A DNA stretch of 64,000 nt, from contig JASCQW010000133.1 in the NCBI GenBank assembly GCA_030264375.1, forward strand, positions 34,292,076 to 34,356,075, read 5' to 3'. Below are positions 24,798 through 38,242 of the stretch, piece by piece (positions within the stretch are counted from its first letter, which is position 1; the number at the start of each line of letters is the position of its first letter). Origin of the DNA: Carcharhinus longimanus. Its lineage: Eukaryota. Made by a program: the position numbers and the translations under genes. The notes beneath the pieces are model-generated. The model made no database searches. It was not told where the DNA came from and saw nothing but the letters and a program-made list of their open reading frames with translations.

Positions 24798-25191
24798 GCT
24801 TTCCAACTTTGGCCGTGTTTTCCTTTTTGTAGAGATGGAGGGCTTCTTATGGTCCAATGTGTGGTACTTCTGTCTGGCTCTGAGGGATTTGTTAACTGGC
24901 CGTTCCACTGCTTGCTTAATATTCCACTGTGTATGCAAGCTAAAAACTCTCTGTACTAAGAGAGGTCTTCCTTTTGCAGGAGCCCATTGCATTAGTCTAT
25001 TAACTTAGCCAGAATGCGGAAAGATCAAAACAATTCATAACTTAGTTATATATGTTCAAACCCATACCTTTGCATGAGGTGCACGTGATTATGCAGAAAT
25101 CTGTGCATCATTATGATGTGAGATACTTGTGCAACGGATTTTTGATTTGTTAAACAAATACTTGGTTTTATGTTTGTCAACATAACAAAAT

Positions 25192-25472
25192 GGGGCAGCA
25201 CGGTGGCACAGTGGTTAGAACCAAGTTCGATTCCTAGCTTGGAACACTGTCTGTGCAGAGTCTGCACATTCTCCCTGTGTCTGCATGGGTTTCCTTTAGG
25301 TGCTCTGGTTTCCTCCACAGTCCAAAAGATGTGCTGGTTAGGTGCATTAGGCATGCTAAATTCTCTCTTGATGTACCCAAATAGGTGCCGAAGTGTGGTG
25401 ACTAGGAGATTTTCATAGCAACTTGATTGCAGTGTTAATGTAAGCCTACTTGTGTTGAATAAATAAAACTTT
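25192..25472 (+). mobile_element. V-SINE/HE1-type SINE (aataaataa-type tail)
   Basis: ggggcagcacggtggcacagtggttag head; tail taagcctacttgtg..aataaataaaac. Confidence 0.88.
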
Positions 25473-25979
25473 TAAAAAAGACTTGCATTTTTATAGCACC
25501 TGGTCACATGCTCCAACGTGGTGTGCCTCTGTGCTGCTCTGAAAATTATCTCATTATTTTTGGATACATCACTGTTGCTTCAGCAAGAGAAATGGCAATG
25601 CATTGTTCCCCCAGGAGCAGCGAGTGAGATGAGTGACCAACTAAATTGTTTTTGCTAGTGTTGGTTGAGGAAGTAATGTTGGCCAAACAATAGACAAACT
25701 TCTTGTTCTTTGATTTATATGAAGGAATCTATGTCCACCTCATCATTCCTGTTTAACAGCTCATCTGAATGTTGCTTCCCTAATAGATACATCACTCCCT
25801 CAGTTTTGGTCTGAAATATCAATCTCAATTCTGTGAACCATTCTGGAATGAGGTCTATCAAAAATTACACTTTTATAATAGGTATTCTTGATTCTGAATT
25901 TGTGAAGAGATTATCTTGTAACACACCAGACAGCCTTGAGTTGATTCCATAGTACAATTGTAATATTATTTCTCTCCAG

Positions 25980-26068
25980 AGTAAAATCAAGGAGTTAGAG
26001 CTGCTTTGCTCTCTGAAGGAGATACAATTTGACTGCAATGACTTGGAGAACATGGTCCTTTTATTAAG
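25980..26068 (+). CDS. HECTD4: HECTD4 exon 12: SKIKELELLCSLKE...NMVLLL(R)
   Basis: cag| and |gtatga; phase 0 to 2. Confidence 0.92.
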
Positions 26069-26614
26069 GTATGATGCCAACAGCTATTCTGGTGATAATT
26101 ATTGTTCTTGCTTAAAGCTTTGTCTAGAGCCTAAAATTATGGTCTGTGGTATTAGGTTTTATAAACCAGAATTCTGAGATTTAATTCCTAGTCCGTAATG
26201 TGTTAGTTGATCTTGAGCAAAGAGGAAATAGAAGTTGCTCATCGCTTCTGTGTACTGCTAGGAGAAAATCAGGTTGCGTTCCAGCTATTTATTGATTTTT
26301 CCAAGGTCTCTGCGAAATAATGGCAGGTGAACAGAGGATTAGACTGACGTGTAATTTTCCTCATATAATTGGTCTGGCAACACTCATTGTTTAGACTCTA
26401 ATGTGAACAGCGTCCACTTGGGCAAGTTCCTGAACGGCTGCCAAAGCAATGATACTTTCAGAGGCAAGAAAACTAGGCAGAAAATGTCCTTGAGCTGGAT
26501 GCCCTACAGGATCTCAGTGGTCTCTGCAGCTTGCAGTGCACATAGCCTTCTCAGTTAGATTCGTGTTGGTTCAACTTTCACTTGGACTCAAATTTGCAAA
26601 CTAACAACAGATTG

Positions 26615-27135
26615 ATTTTATTTATTATCACATGTATTTGCATACAGTGAAAAGTATCGTTTCTTGCATGCTATGCAAAGCGCACCATTCATAGAGAAGG
26701 GAACAAGAGAGTACAGAATGCAGTGTTACAATCACAGCTAAGGTGTAGAGAAAGATCATCTTATTGCAAGGTAGGTCCACTCAAAAGTCTGATGGCAGCA
26801 GGGAAGAAGCTGTTCTTGACTTGGTTGGTACGTGACCTCAANNNNNNNNNNNNNNNNNNNNNNNNNNNNNNNNNNNNNNNNNNNNNNNNNNNNNNNNNNN
26901 NNNNNNNNNNNNNNNNNNNNNNNNNNNNNNNNNNNNNNNNNTTCAAAATTGGACAGCAGCAGGGAAGAAGCTGTTCTTGAGTCAGTAGGTACGTGACCTC
27001 AGACTTTTGTATCTTTTTGACGTTGTAAGAAGGTGGAAGAGAGCATGTCCAGGGTGCATGGGGTCCTTAATTATGCTGGCTGCTTTGCCGTGGCAGCAGA
27101 TAGTGTGAACAGAGTCAATGGATGGGAGGCTGAAG
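26615..27135 (-). mobile_element. Rex1/Babar-type LINE 3' end (spans an N-gap)
   Basis: KAASIIKDPMHPGHALFHLL...LRSRTNQVKNSFFPAAIRLL. Confidence 0.75.
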
Positions 27136-27729
27136 TTAAATGACATTGAGTTAATTGAAATGAAGGCAGTTCTGCTGTACGTTGATGGAAAGAGAGTGTC
27201 CGATTGCAAGCATTGCAATATGCGTACAAATCACACAAAAGATTAGCAAACTGACCAATTCTGAGAAAAGTTGTTGAGTTAGAAATAGTTCTCAATCAAT
27301 TATCCATTGTGTAGTTGAACCATAAATGCCAGAAGGGTTCCACACTTGATCCTTGCACTGCATTATTTTATTTAGGGCATTTGTTTTAAGGAGGGAGAAA
27401 TTGCCCAGTGTACCCAATTTTAATTGTAATGCAAAAATGTCTTCTGCAAATTTGAATTTCTGGACATCCAATGAGGGCAGACGTAGAATTGGAATAAAAC
27501 TGCAAATATAGGTCTTTAACTTACAGAAATAAGTTGCAAGTAATTATTTTAGTGTAAGTTAATATGAATCTATTTTTAAAAAATCAACGTGGAAAGTCAA
27601 ACAAGTTTAAGCATATTATAAATAATATTAGAATCTAGCTGCCTTCAGATGATCAAAACCCTCAGTTCTCATCTCAGTTGATACTGCCTAGAAGTGTAAG
27701 CATTGTGTATATGAAATGCTTATTGTGCA

Positions 27730-30306
27730 TGATAAGCCCTTGTTATCTGGACCAGACATCATAGAAACAGCAATCACATGAGACCCTTGAGTTCATCATT
27801 GATCGGACTTACCTGTAGCAATGCCATCTTATGGTGTAACATCAATGACCAATCAACACAGTGGTGTTCACACGCACTGAATGATGGGCAACTCAACAGA
27901 AAACATGCTGCTTGGCATATGACCATTGATTTTCAATGCAAAGTCCATGCAAATACTGAAGACCAACATGAAATGCAGACAATTGGCTTATGAGAAAATG
28001 GAAGAATGCAAGTTTGTGCGCCGAACTCTCCAACTCTTGAGTCTGCTCAAGTGACTACTAAAAGTACTGAGGTAAATGTGAAATCAAAAATAAATTTTAA
28101 ATATTCAGCTGAAGCATTGTTATAACTGATACAGCTGCGATATTCCAAGCTGGACGCCACTTTACATATTGCTGCCCTTTACAGTCTGTTAACATGCAAC
28201 AAGCTGATCCTCTTTGGTGATTTCAATGCCAAAGTTGGAAAGGATACAACTCTGGGGAGGTGTAATCAACAGAGAGGGGGTAAGAAAATCCTATCATCAA
28301 CGGTATCCTGTTCCTGACGTCGTGTCTCGAATATGACCTTGTTGTGACCAATACCTGTTGCATCAGAGAGACAAGTACAAAACCTCATGGAAACAATCCT
28401 TCCCAGCACTGGCACGTGCTCAACTTTGCCATTGTCCAAGTGAGGGACCGCAAAGATGTGCGTTTCACCTGTGTCATGACAGGACCTGATGATTGCTGAA
28501 CAGACCATCTGATCTGCTCTGTGATCAACAGCAACGTAGCCCCGAAGCAGTAACAGAAAAAATGCTGCAGGAAAATCAATGCTGAGGCACTCAACGGCCC
28601 CGATAATAGAGCTGCATTCAGCCACTGCCTCAATGCAACCTGATTACTCTGGTGACCCAGAGATGCAGAGTGCCCGTATCTTCTGGTTTGCCTTTCAGGC
28701 CCCCATTAACAACACTTGGGAAGTGACGCTTGCTCACTTGGCCAGGAAACACCAAGATTGGTTCAATGAAATGAAGTAGGAGGTCCAGGAGCTGATGAGC
28801 TGCAAGCACAGGCTTTTCTGAACCTGAAACAACAATCCAACTCAAGCAAGAAATCAGCTCTACACACAGCTGAGGCCCAGCAAAATACATGTGACCTAAA
28901 GAACAGATATTGGGTGGAGAAAACACAGGAGATCCAGCAGTTAACCAAAGTCATGATGCATAAGGTTTCTTTAGCACAGTCAAGATCACCTACAGCCCAA
29001 GCCCACCCCATTGTTGGCCAAGAATGGAGAGGTGCTCATCAAAACAGAGGCAGGCAGTGCCAGCTGGAAAGAGCACTTTCATAAACTCCTTAACAGACAC
29101 TTTGTTTTCAACACTTGCATCCTTAACTTCATCCTGCAGCTTGTTACCCACCACCAACAGCATGAGGTCAAAAAGGCCATCCCACAGCTAAAGTACAAAA
29201 AGACATTGGAAGCAAATGGATACCCTGCTGAATCACAAAAACATGATAGAAAGGCAGTATTGGTGCAAATACATGATATCATTTCTCTTACCTAGAAGGA
29301 GGAGAACATGCCAGCAGATCTGAGACAGTAATCATGACCACCTTCAGGAAAGGTTACAAGTCCGACTGCAGTAACTTCAAAGGAATTTCCCTGCTGTCGA
29401 CCATAAGAAGGTCATCACAAGAATCCCCCTGGCTGAAGGTCTCCTCCCAGAATTGCAATGTATATTCTGCCCTCTAAGGGGCACGACAGACGTGATCGTC
29501 GCCATGCACAAACTGCAAGAACAGGGTTCTTACACCAGTTGTTGTACATTGCCATCCTACTCCTTTTGCTGCCTCCTAAAGCTCGCCACCATCCTTCTGC
29601 TCCATGATGACATGCAAGCCTTGATCTTGACTAATGGATCCATCGCAGACCTAATTCAGGTTCGGATTAGGGTCAAGAAAGGCTGTTTCATCGCACCCAG
29701 CACTTTTCTCTCTTTTCCCTGCTGCGAAGCTCCATCTCACCCCCTGTAAGCTCCCTGATCAAGTGGAATTAAATTACAGAACAAATGGGAGTCTATGAAA
29801 CTGCTAGCTGATGACCAGATCCAACGTTGTCCCATCCTCTTGTCATGAAACAACAGAATGTAGACAGTGCTTGAGTTTGTACGTGCTCAGAAGCTGAGCG
29901 CCAAGCCACTGTCAACACCTTTACTGAGACATAGGAGAACATGGGCCTTAAGACCTGAAGACAAAATTCCTCTCCTAAACCTGCTCTGACCACACAGTAC
30001 TGCCCCATAGCTATCATTGGCAAAATAGGCACACCAACGTCAGTGTTCTCATTCGGGTCAATATCTCCAGCATTTAAAGCCTTGGCGAAGCTTGGTTCGC
30101 TCCACTGAATAGACCCTATTTGTGAGGTGCCTGAAACAAGTGCTTTATTTTGAGCTTTGATGCAGTAAGTGGGCACCAGGAAGATTGAGCAAACACTTCA
30201 AGGACATCCTCAAAGCCACTTTGAAAAGGTGCAACATCATCCCTCCCTCCCTCCCTCCCTCCCCCAACGCCTGGGAAACCCTGGCCCATGAGAGCCCAAA
30301 GTGGAG
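27730..30306 (+). mobile_element. Decayed RTE-clade LINE (APE endonuclease plus RT)
   Basis: KLILFGDFNAKVGKD (28201), RKHQDWFNE, FRKGYKSDCSNFKGISLLS, RVKKGCFIAP, KHFKDILKATLKRCNI; many stops. Confidence 0.8.
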
Positions 30307-30909
30307 NNNNNNNNNNNNNNNNNNNNNNNNNNNNNNNNNNNNNNNNNNNNNNNNNNNNNNNNNNNNNNNNNNNNNNNNNNNNNNNNNNNNNNNNNNNNNN
30401 NNNNNNNNNNNNNNNNNNNNNNNNNNNNNNNNNNNNNNNNNNNNNNNNNNNNNNNNNNNNNNNNNNNNNNNNNNNNNNNNNNNNNNNNNNNNNNNNNNNN
30501 NNNNNNNNNNNNNNNNNNNNNNNNNNNNNNNNNNNNNNNNNNNNNNNNNNNNNNNNNNNNNNNNNNNNNNNNNNNNNNNNNNNNNNNNNNNNNNNNNNNN
30601 NNNNNNNNNNNNNNNNNNNNNNNNNNNNNNNNNNNNNNNNNNNNNNNNNNNNNNNNNNNNNNNNNNNNNNNNNNNNNNNNNNNNNNNNNNNNNNNNNNNN
30701 NNNNNNNNNNNNNNNNNNNNNNNNNNNNNNNNNNNNNNNNNNNNNNNNNNNNNNNNNNNNNNNNNNNNNNNNNNNNNNNNNNNNNNNNNNNNNNNNNNNN
30801 NNNNNNNNNNNNNNNNNNNNNNNNNNNNNNNNNNNNNNNNNNNNNNNNNNNNNNNNNNNNNNNNNNNNNNNNNNNNNNNNNNNNNNNNNNNNNNNNNNNN
30901 NNNNNNNNN

Positions 30910-31092
30910 CGCATTCAAATCTTAATTTTGTAAATTGATTTTGTATCTTTGCATGCTCTGTTTGTGAACAGAACTCCCACTCACTTGACGAAAGAGCAGC
31001 GCTCCAAAAGCTGGTGGCTTTTGCTACTAAATAAACCTGTTGGTGTTGTAAGACTTCTTGGTGTGTTTACTGACGGGATCTGCACATCGTGA
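30910..31092 (+). mobile_element. Penelope-like terminal repeat with mutated hammerhead core
   Basis: cac-TTGACGA-aagagcagcgctcc-AAAA-gctggtg; homologous to the reverse complement of 6160-6250. Confidence 0.65.
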
Positions 31093-31136
31093 CTGTTTAT
31101 TCTTGCCAGTTTTAAATTAAATTGTTTTTTAAACAG

Positions 31137-31312
31137 GGAGAAGTTTGGTCAGGAGGTGAACTCTTTGGTGCCGAAACCTTCACATTCTTTAGCAAAAACG
31201 AAAGCTTTGGTGAAAAGCCTGATGAATCGTGCTGAGCTTTTGCTGCATGTTACCATAGCAGCACAGTCTGGTCTGACCAGGAGTATTTCAGGAACCCCAG
31301 CTGACACACCAG
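31137..31312 (+). CDS. HECTD4: HECTD4 exon 13: (R)EKFGQEVNSLVPKP...GTPADTP
   Basis: cag| and |gtacga; phase 2 to 1. Confidence 0.94.
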
Positions 31313-31907
31313 GTACGATTGCTGATGTGAGAGGGTGAAGGTGGAAAGGAGAAGGAGGTCTTTGCTGCTGTTGTCAGTTTTTTTTGTTTTATTTTCAAGC
31401 TCAATCATTTATTGAACAATTGTCATCAATGTAATGTCAATATCAGCAGTGTACTAAGGCATTTGAGCTTAAAAAACTACGCATTCATGAATGTAGCAAA
31501 CAATTCAGATAATTTTGGTGGATGTCTGGACCCTTGTGAAATAAATAATTGTGCAGTTATAAAAAAAATCTTCAATTCCTTGCTTTTGACAAATGGAAAA
31601 AACCTGTATTTTATAGGCAAATGGTATTGGCCAGTAAACATATGTGAAAAAGCATATTCTCAGTCAGGAACACTTCCAGAATAGTTGCAAACTATTTTTG
31701 TCTACTGTGTGCATTTTGACAATCTATTTGGCAATTCGAAATGATGTCTGGGTGGTCTAAAAGCTTAACAATTATGGATTAGGTAGTTCAATGCATGATA
31801 TCTTGTCCCAGCTAGGTGTCAATTACAAAAGTCACAATATTATAATTATTTGCAAAAATATTTAGTATCCATTTGTCTTCCTGATGTATGCTTGCTTATT
31901 TTACCAG

Positions 31908-32043
31908 CTTGTAAATCTTCTTCAGAAACCAAGGTGATTTCTCACACTGTTCGTCAGCCAGTCTTCCTGCGCAGTATGTCAGCACCCTCTGACCTGGAAA
32001 TGATTGCAAATGAGGATCTAGAATTCACACGGGCTAACCAGAG
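31908..32043 (+). CDS. HECTD4: HECTD4 exon 14: (A)CKSSSETKVISH...TRANQ(R)
   Basis: cag| and |gtaaag; phase 1 to 2. Confidence 0.94.
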
Positions 32044-33103
32044 GTAAAGAATTAAGTCAATTTGGATAATTCCAGTGATCGTCATTAGATACAGACACAA
32101 TCATTGTGCATTATGATTTAACTGTAGAATGTTAAGTATGCATGCCTGAGAGTACGCATATATTTGTTAATGGGATATGGATGTTACTGTCAAAGCCAGC
32201 TTTCAATGTCTCATCCCTTATTTTTCCTGATTAAGATGAGGATGAGCCTCCTTTTTGAGCTGTTGTGGTCCATGAGGTGTAGGTGAGGCCACAGTTCAAA
32301 GGGACATTTCAAGATTTATGACTTGGACTGGAATTTGCAGTTGGTCATGTTTCCATGCACCTGCTGCCTTTTTTCTTCCACTAGAAGTCATCGCTTTAAG
32401 AGATGCGGTCAAAGGAACTTTGGCAAATGCTGCAGTACATCTTGTGAATGGTACACACCATAGCCTATTTCTGATTTGCTGTCTGCAGACTGGAATTATG
32501 ATCTAATCCATACTCCTTACCAATTCTGTTATGCCAGCCACCAAAATTAGCTTAACTTGGAGTGGTGGTGGCACAGTGGACGAGTAATCCAAAGACCCAT
32601 TGTAATGCACTGGGGACCTAGATTCAAATCCCATCACAGCAGATGGTTGTTTATAAATTGAGTAAAACATCTGAAATTGAAAGTCTAATGATNNNNNNNN
32701 NNNNNNNNNNNNNNNNNNNNNNNNNNNNNNNNNNNNNNNNNNNNNNNNNNNNNNNNNNNNNNNNNNNNNNNNNNNNNNNNNNNNNNNNNNNNGCTCTGAA
32801 ACAATTGTCCTGAAACCCATCTGGTTCACTGATGTCCTTTTAAGGACAGAAACCTGCTGTATTTACCTCATCTGGCCTACATGTGACTGTGGACCCTCAG
32901 CAGTTTGTTTGCCTCTCAGATGTCCTCTGAAATGGCTTAGCAATCCATTCAGCCATATACGACTGTTACAAAGAAAACATGAACAGATGAAACCAGCTGG
33001 AGCACCTGGCATCGACCTAGGCACCAAGTCAACCTGATGAAGTTACAGCACAGGACTAGTGTGCCCAACGTTATAAGCAGCAAGTATCAGAGCCAAAACA
33101 GTT

Positions 33104-33275
33104 CATAGAATCAGAGAATCTCTGCAGTGCAGCAGGAGGCCATTCGGCTCAATAAGCCTGTACCGACAATAATCCCACCAGGCTCTATCCCCAAAACCCC
33201 ATGTGTTTACCATGCTAGTCCCCTTGACACCAAGGGTCAATTTAGCAGGGCCAATCCACTGAACCTGCACATCTT
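33104..33275 (-). mobile_element. 5'-truncated HE1-type SINE
   Basis: catagaatcagagaatc tail...aacctgcacatcttt. Confidence 0.8.
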
Positions 33276-33282
33276 TTCATAA

Positions 33283-33364
33283 TGTGGAGATGCTGGCGTT
33301 GGACAGGGGTAAACACAGTAAAAAGTCTCACAACACCAAGTTAAAGTCCATTGTAAGACTTTTT
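33283..33364. mobile_element. 82-bp Penelope-like insertion with internal inversion
   Basis: Direct repeats ACATCTTTTCATAA (33269-33282) and ACATCTTTCCATAA (33365-33378); internal aaaagtctcacaa / ttgtaagactttt inversion. Confidence 0.7.
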
Positions 33365-34204
33365 ACATCTTTCCATAACTATTGGATCAGATCTGAGCTC
33401 CGGAGTCCCGCCATATCCAGTCATGAATGGTAGTGGACAATTAACAACTCACTGGAGGAGGAAGCTCCACAAATATCCCTATCCTCTGATGGAGGAGCCT
33501 ACCACATCAGTGCCAAAGAAAAGGCTGAAACATTCGCAACGACCTTCAGCTAGAAGTACCGAGTGGATGATTTATCTTTGCTTCTTCCGGTGATCCGCAG
33601 TATCATAGATACAGTCAATTTGATTCACTCTATGTGACATCAAGGAACAACTGAAGGCACTGGATACTGCAAAGACTATGGGCCATGACAGCATTCCAAC
33701 AATAGTACTGAAGACTTGTGCTCCAGTATTTGCCGCATCCTTAGCCAAGCTCTTCCAGTACAGTTACAACACTGGCATCTATCTGACAACGTGGAAAATT
33801 ACCCAGGTTCATCCTGTAGAGAAGAAACAGGACAAATCCAACCTAGGCAATTTTTGCATGATCAGTCTACTTCAGTTATCAGTAAAGTGATGCAAGGAAT
33901 CATCAACAGCATAATCAGCAGCACTTACTCAGCAACAACCTGCTCACCAATGCCTAGTTTGAGTTCTACCAGGGTCATTCAGTTCCTGCTCTCATTACAG
34001 CCTTGGTTCAAACGTGGACAAAAGAGTTGAACTCCAGAGGTGAGATGAGAGTGACTGTCCTTGACATCAAAGCAACATTTGACCAAGTATGGCACCAAGG
34101 AGCCCTAGCAAAACCAGAGTCAGTGGGAATTGGAGTGAAAATTCTTCAATGGTTGGAGTCACATCTGATACAAAGGAAGATAGTTGTGGTTGTTGGAGGT
34201 CAAT

Positions 34205-34391
34205 AGAATCATAGAAACCCTACGGTGTAGAAAGAGGCCATTTGGCCCATGAAGTCTGCACCGACCACAATCCCACCCAGTGCCTACCCCCATATCCCTA
34301 TATCTTTACCTGCTAATCCCTCTAACATACACATCTCAGGACACTAAGGGGCAATTTTAGCATAGCCAATCAACCTAACCTGCACATCTTT
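34205..34391 (-). mobile_element. 5'-truncated HE1-type SINE inserted in the LINE RT
   Basis: TSD GGTCAAT at 34198-34204 and 34392-34398; LINE reading resumes after it. Confidence 0.88.
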
Positions 34392-36306
34392 GGTCAATCA
34401 CCTCAACTCCAGGACATCATTGCAGAAGTCCCCCAGGGCATTGTCCAAGACCCAACCATCTTCAGCTGCTTCATCTCTGACCTTGCTTCCATCATAAGGT
34501 CAGAAGTGGGGATGTTCGCTGATGACTGCACAACGTTCAGCACCATTTGTGAGGCCTCAGATACTGAAGCAGTCTGTGTCCAAATGCAGCAAGGCCTGAA
34601 CAATATCCAGGCTTGGGCTGACGAGTGGCAAGTAACGCTTGTGCTACACAAGTGTCAGGTAATGACCGTCTTCAGCAAGGATCAAGTCATCGCTCCTTGA
34701 CATTCAGTGGCATTACCATTGCTGAATCCCCTCTGTCAAGATCCTGGGATTGACTGTTAACCAAAAACTGAACTGAAACTGACTCCCCAAAGCCTGTCCA
34801 CCATTCAGAAGACAGGAGTGTGGTGTGATAGAATACTCTCCACTTAACTGGATGGGTGCAGTTCCAATAACACTCAAGAAGCTTGACACCATCTAGGACA
34901 AAAGAGCATGCATGATTGCTACCCCTTCCACATTCAGTCCCTCCGCCATTAACTAACAATGGCAGCAGTTTGCAAAATGCACCGCGAGAACTCACCAAGG
35001 TTCCTTAGGCAGCACCTTTCAAATCCACGACCACTATCATCTAGAAGGATAAGAGCAGCTGATAACCTGGAGACGCCATCACCTGGAGGTTCCCTCTAAG
35101 TCACTCACCACCTTGACATGGAGATATATTGCTGTTTCTTCACTGTCACTGGGTTAGAATTCTGGAGCTTCCAAACAGCACTGTGGATGCACCAAAACCT
35201 TCGGAACTGCAGCAGTTCAAGAAAGCTCACCACCACCTTCCAAAGGGCAACTGGGATGGAGAATAAATGCTGGATTAACCAGTGATGCCCACATCTCATA
35301 AATGAATTCTTAAAAAGCAAAGGTCATAAGTTCAACCCAAATGATAAAGTGTGATCAGTTATTGAAAGCTTGTACTGAAACTGCAAATGTTAGCTTTGAA
35401 ATAACCGACGCATGGAATTGTACAGGGGAAGGCAATCCTCCAGGTGAAAATGCTTTTGGTTCCGGATCTTCCCCTTCTTTACATAAGAGCATTACCAACA
35501 TTTTCCATGCACTCCCAACTGGACATACCTACTCTATTTTTATAGGGTTGCAAGGCTATCAGATGCACCTCAGTGTGAATTGAACACTGCTCAGTGATGT
35601 CACTTGTATCTCAGTGTTTTTTTATTCTTTGTGCATCGTTGCCCTTTAGAAGCTGGTGATGAGCTGTCTTGCTGAACTACTGAGACTGCAGTATAGACAC
35701 ACTCATGTTGTTAGGTAGAGAGCTGTGGCAAGATTTTTAACTAAAAGAATGGAAATACATTTCCACATCAGGATGGTGTCTAACTTGGGAGGGAATTTGC
35801 AGGAGGTTGTATTCCTATGTTCATATTAGCCTTCATTCTTCCAGGTGATTGTGTCACCTGTTTGGTAGGTGCTAGAGGGAAAGAGAATCAAAGTAGAGTA
35901 AGATGGGATTTAAAAAGTAATTAGTGGAAGATTTTTAAAAAAAAAAATCAATGGGGCACCAGTTGCAGCCAAAAGCACTGTTTTTGCTCTTTCCCAAAAT
36001 ACTTTTTATTAAATATGAAATACTTTCAAGACATGCATTTGGTTTGAATTTGGAGAGGATTTGTTTTTCAAAATGCTCAATTTGGGCAAGAGTATACATT
36101 GAACAGGTACATGTTCTTGGTGGTAGATGTCAGCCGAGAAATTACTATTGGGGAATGCACGCTTAGCCCATTAAGTATTATTATTATTATTCTGGTACAT
36201 TAAGCATTATGGTACATTAAGTATTGTTATACATTATGTATTCCACATTAATAGCGCAGTAATTTCTATGTTACAGATGTCTGAAGATTTGTCTGTCTTG
36301 TTTCAG

Positions 36307-36448
36307 GAGACGGCATGGGAATAGTCATCGAAGCAGTTCCTTCACTCTGCTTCAATCTCTGACTATTGAGGATAGCCGTGACAAGCCAACATACAGTGTG
36401 CTGCTTGGACAGCTCTTTGCTTTCATTGGAACAAATCCTGACCAGGCT
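36307..36448 (+). CDS. HECTD4: HECTD4 exon 15: (R)RRHGNSHRSSSFTLLQ...TNPDQA
   Basis: cag| and |gtaagt; phase 2 to 0. Confidence 0.94.
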
Positions 36449-37018
36449 GTAAGTTTGTAATTATACTTTTATTTCCAAATTATTAGGAAAGTCTGAAGTG
36501 AACCAGTTTAGATAAGGAACATAATTATATATTCAGATGCCATGCATTGTGTTAGAATAAATTGTTAAGCTGTTGTAGGATTGACTTTTGGAAATTGCAG
36601 GTAATGTTCGGGTAAAAGATGATTTCATGAAAGTTGCACTCTTCTGTTTTTTGTTCCTTGAATTGAACATCTTTTGCTCAATTATGGCACTTGCTCCTGT
36701 ACATGTGTAATTGTACATTATATCCCACTGGGTTTAAGTGTAGAAGCATAGCCAGAGTTGTACAGAGCAGCTTGAATTCATATATCATTGCCCTTGAGGA
36801 TTTGCATACTTAGCAGTTATAATCAATTTTTGATCAAATTTCACTGTGCATATATTACTATTTATTGATCTATAAGAGCAGCCATTTGCCAGTGTCAATA
36901 ATTCATTACTGATGTAATGTTGCAAACTTTTTCATTACCCTATTAAATAAGGATGGAGAAGTTGTCATTGTGAATAAAATAAATAACATGAGGACGTTAT
37001 GGTCTTATTTTGCTTTAG

Positions 37019-37185
37019 GTGTCAAGCAGCAGTTTCCTTTTAGCTGCCCAAACCCGATGGCGGCGTGGTAACACAAGAAAACAGGCCCTGGTACACATGC
37101 GTGAGCTGTTGACGGCAGCAGTCAGAGTCGGTGGTGTCACTCATTTAGTGGGACCTGTAACCACAGTCCTTCAAGGTGGACCAAG
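37019..37185 (+). CDS. HECTD4: HECTD4 exon 16: VSSSSFLLAAQTRWRRG...LQGGP(R)
   Basis: tag| and |gtgaga; phase 0 to 2. Confidence 0.94.
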
Positions 37186-38242
37186 GTGAGATGCTGACTG
37201 GTTGAATTATAAACAAAAAAATAATTATTCCTTACAAGAAACTAGGGACATAGCAACAGATTTATTTTATTTTCTCTTGTGTTAAGAGTCTAGAATGCTT
37301 ATGCTTTTTTTTTTAAAAACACTGGCTTTATACTTGACAAGATGAGAAATATTACTTCAGGTGAATGGAAAATGGCTCTATTCTACTTCAGTGATATGCC
37401 TCAATCTCAAGAGCCAGTCCCAATACCATTTTTTTTTATTTGTCATCCTAATGCCTGTGTAATTGCTGAATTAGGCCACAGGAAGTGGATTGAGAGTGTT
37501 TTTCTCTATTGTCATCTTTAGTGTTATTAAATATCTGCATATTTTCCTCCTCCGTTGCTCAGTTTTCTTGCACAGCTTTTCACCAAACTTCCTCCACTAA
37601 CTTTAGACATGGATACCTTGCTAATGTAACAGCTAGTGATGGGAAAACCATATCTTCACAAAGTGGATTTTTCTTTTAAAATTTGGAAGGACATTGTGTT
37701 ATTTGGACGCGTTGATTTTTTTTATATATAAAGGGCCTCAGTCCACCTTTGGACTGGGAGGAACAATACCTTTTCAAAGAAACCCCCTGACCAGCATGGT
37801 ACTTGAGAGATGGGGCGGGGGGGTGGGTAGTTTTAGTTTTGAACGGCAATCACTTTAATTGATGGGGAAAAGAACTGAAAAGAGGCTGAAGGCTGGTGAC
37901 TTACTGGAAATCACATGACAAGACAAGCTTGAAGTTTTGAACTTGTTGTTTTTGGGGAATAAGCTGAGAAGAAAGGCTACATAACTGACTTTCTTCCTGC
38001 CTTGCCTGAAATTCTGTATGTGGGTTCTTAGCCAGACAATCCTAACCTGAGTGTAACTTGTCTGAATTTGAAAATCTGCAAAGCTGAAACAAAAAAAATT
38101 GAACCAGCTCTGCATATTCTTCCACACAGAAGCTGTGTTATTCAGAGTCTCCAGACATTTACGGGGCTCGTAGTCTGTCTTCGGACGAGGGAGCTCCAGA
38201 TCAATACTGTCAAACTCTGAGAGCTTTATTCTAATGACACTT

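Larger units (their letters stand above)
32558..35312 (+). mobile_element. Decayed CR1/L2-group LINE with tRNA-like 5' region, carrying nested insertions
   Basis: KTCAPVFAASLAKLFQYSY, LDIKATFDQVWHQG, VPQG, MFADD; 3' tail aagggcaactgggatgg...aatgaat; linkage to the 5' head is inferred. Confidence 0.8.

Noticed and set aside
26790-27001. Direct repeat gcagcagggaagaagctgttcttga...gtacgtgacctca on both sides of a gap
   Set aside because: Most simply overlapping contig ends or two Rex1 copies across a 100-N gap; cannot be called a real duplication
30145-30938. Long ORFs made of X residues (also at the other N-gaps)
   Set aside because: Artefacts of scaffold gaps
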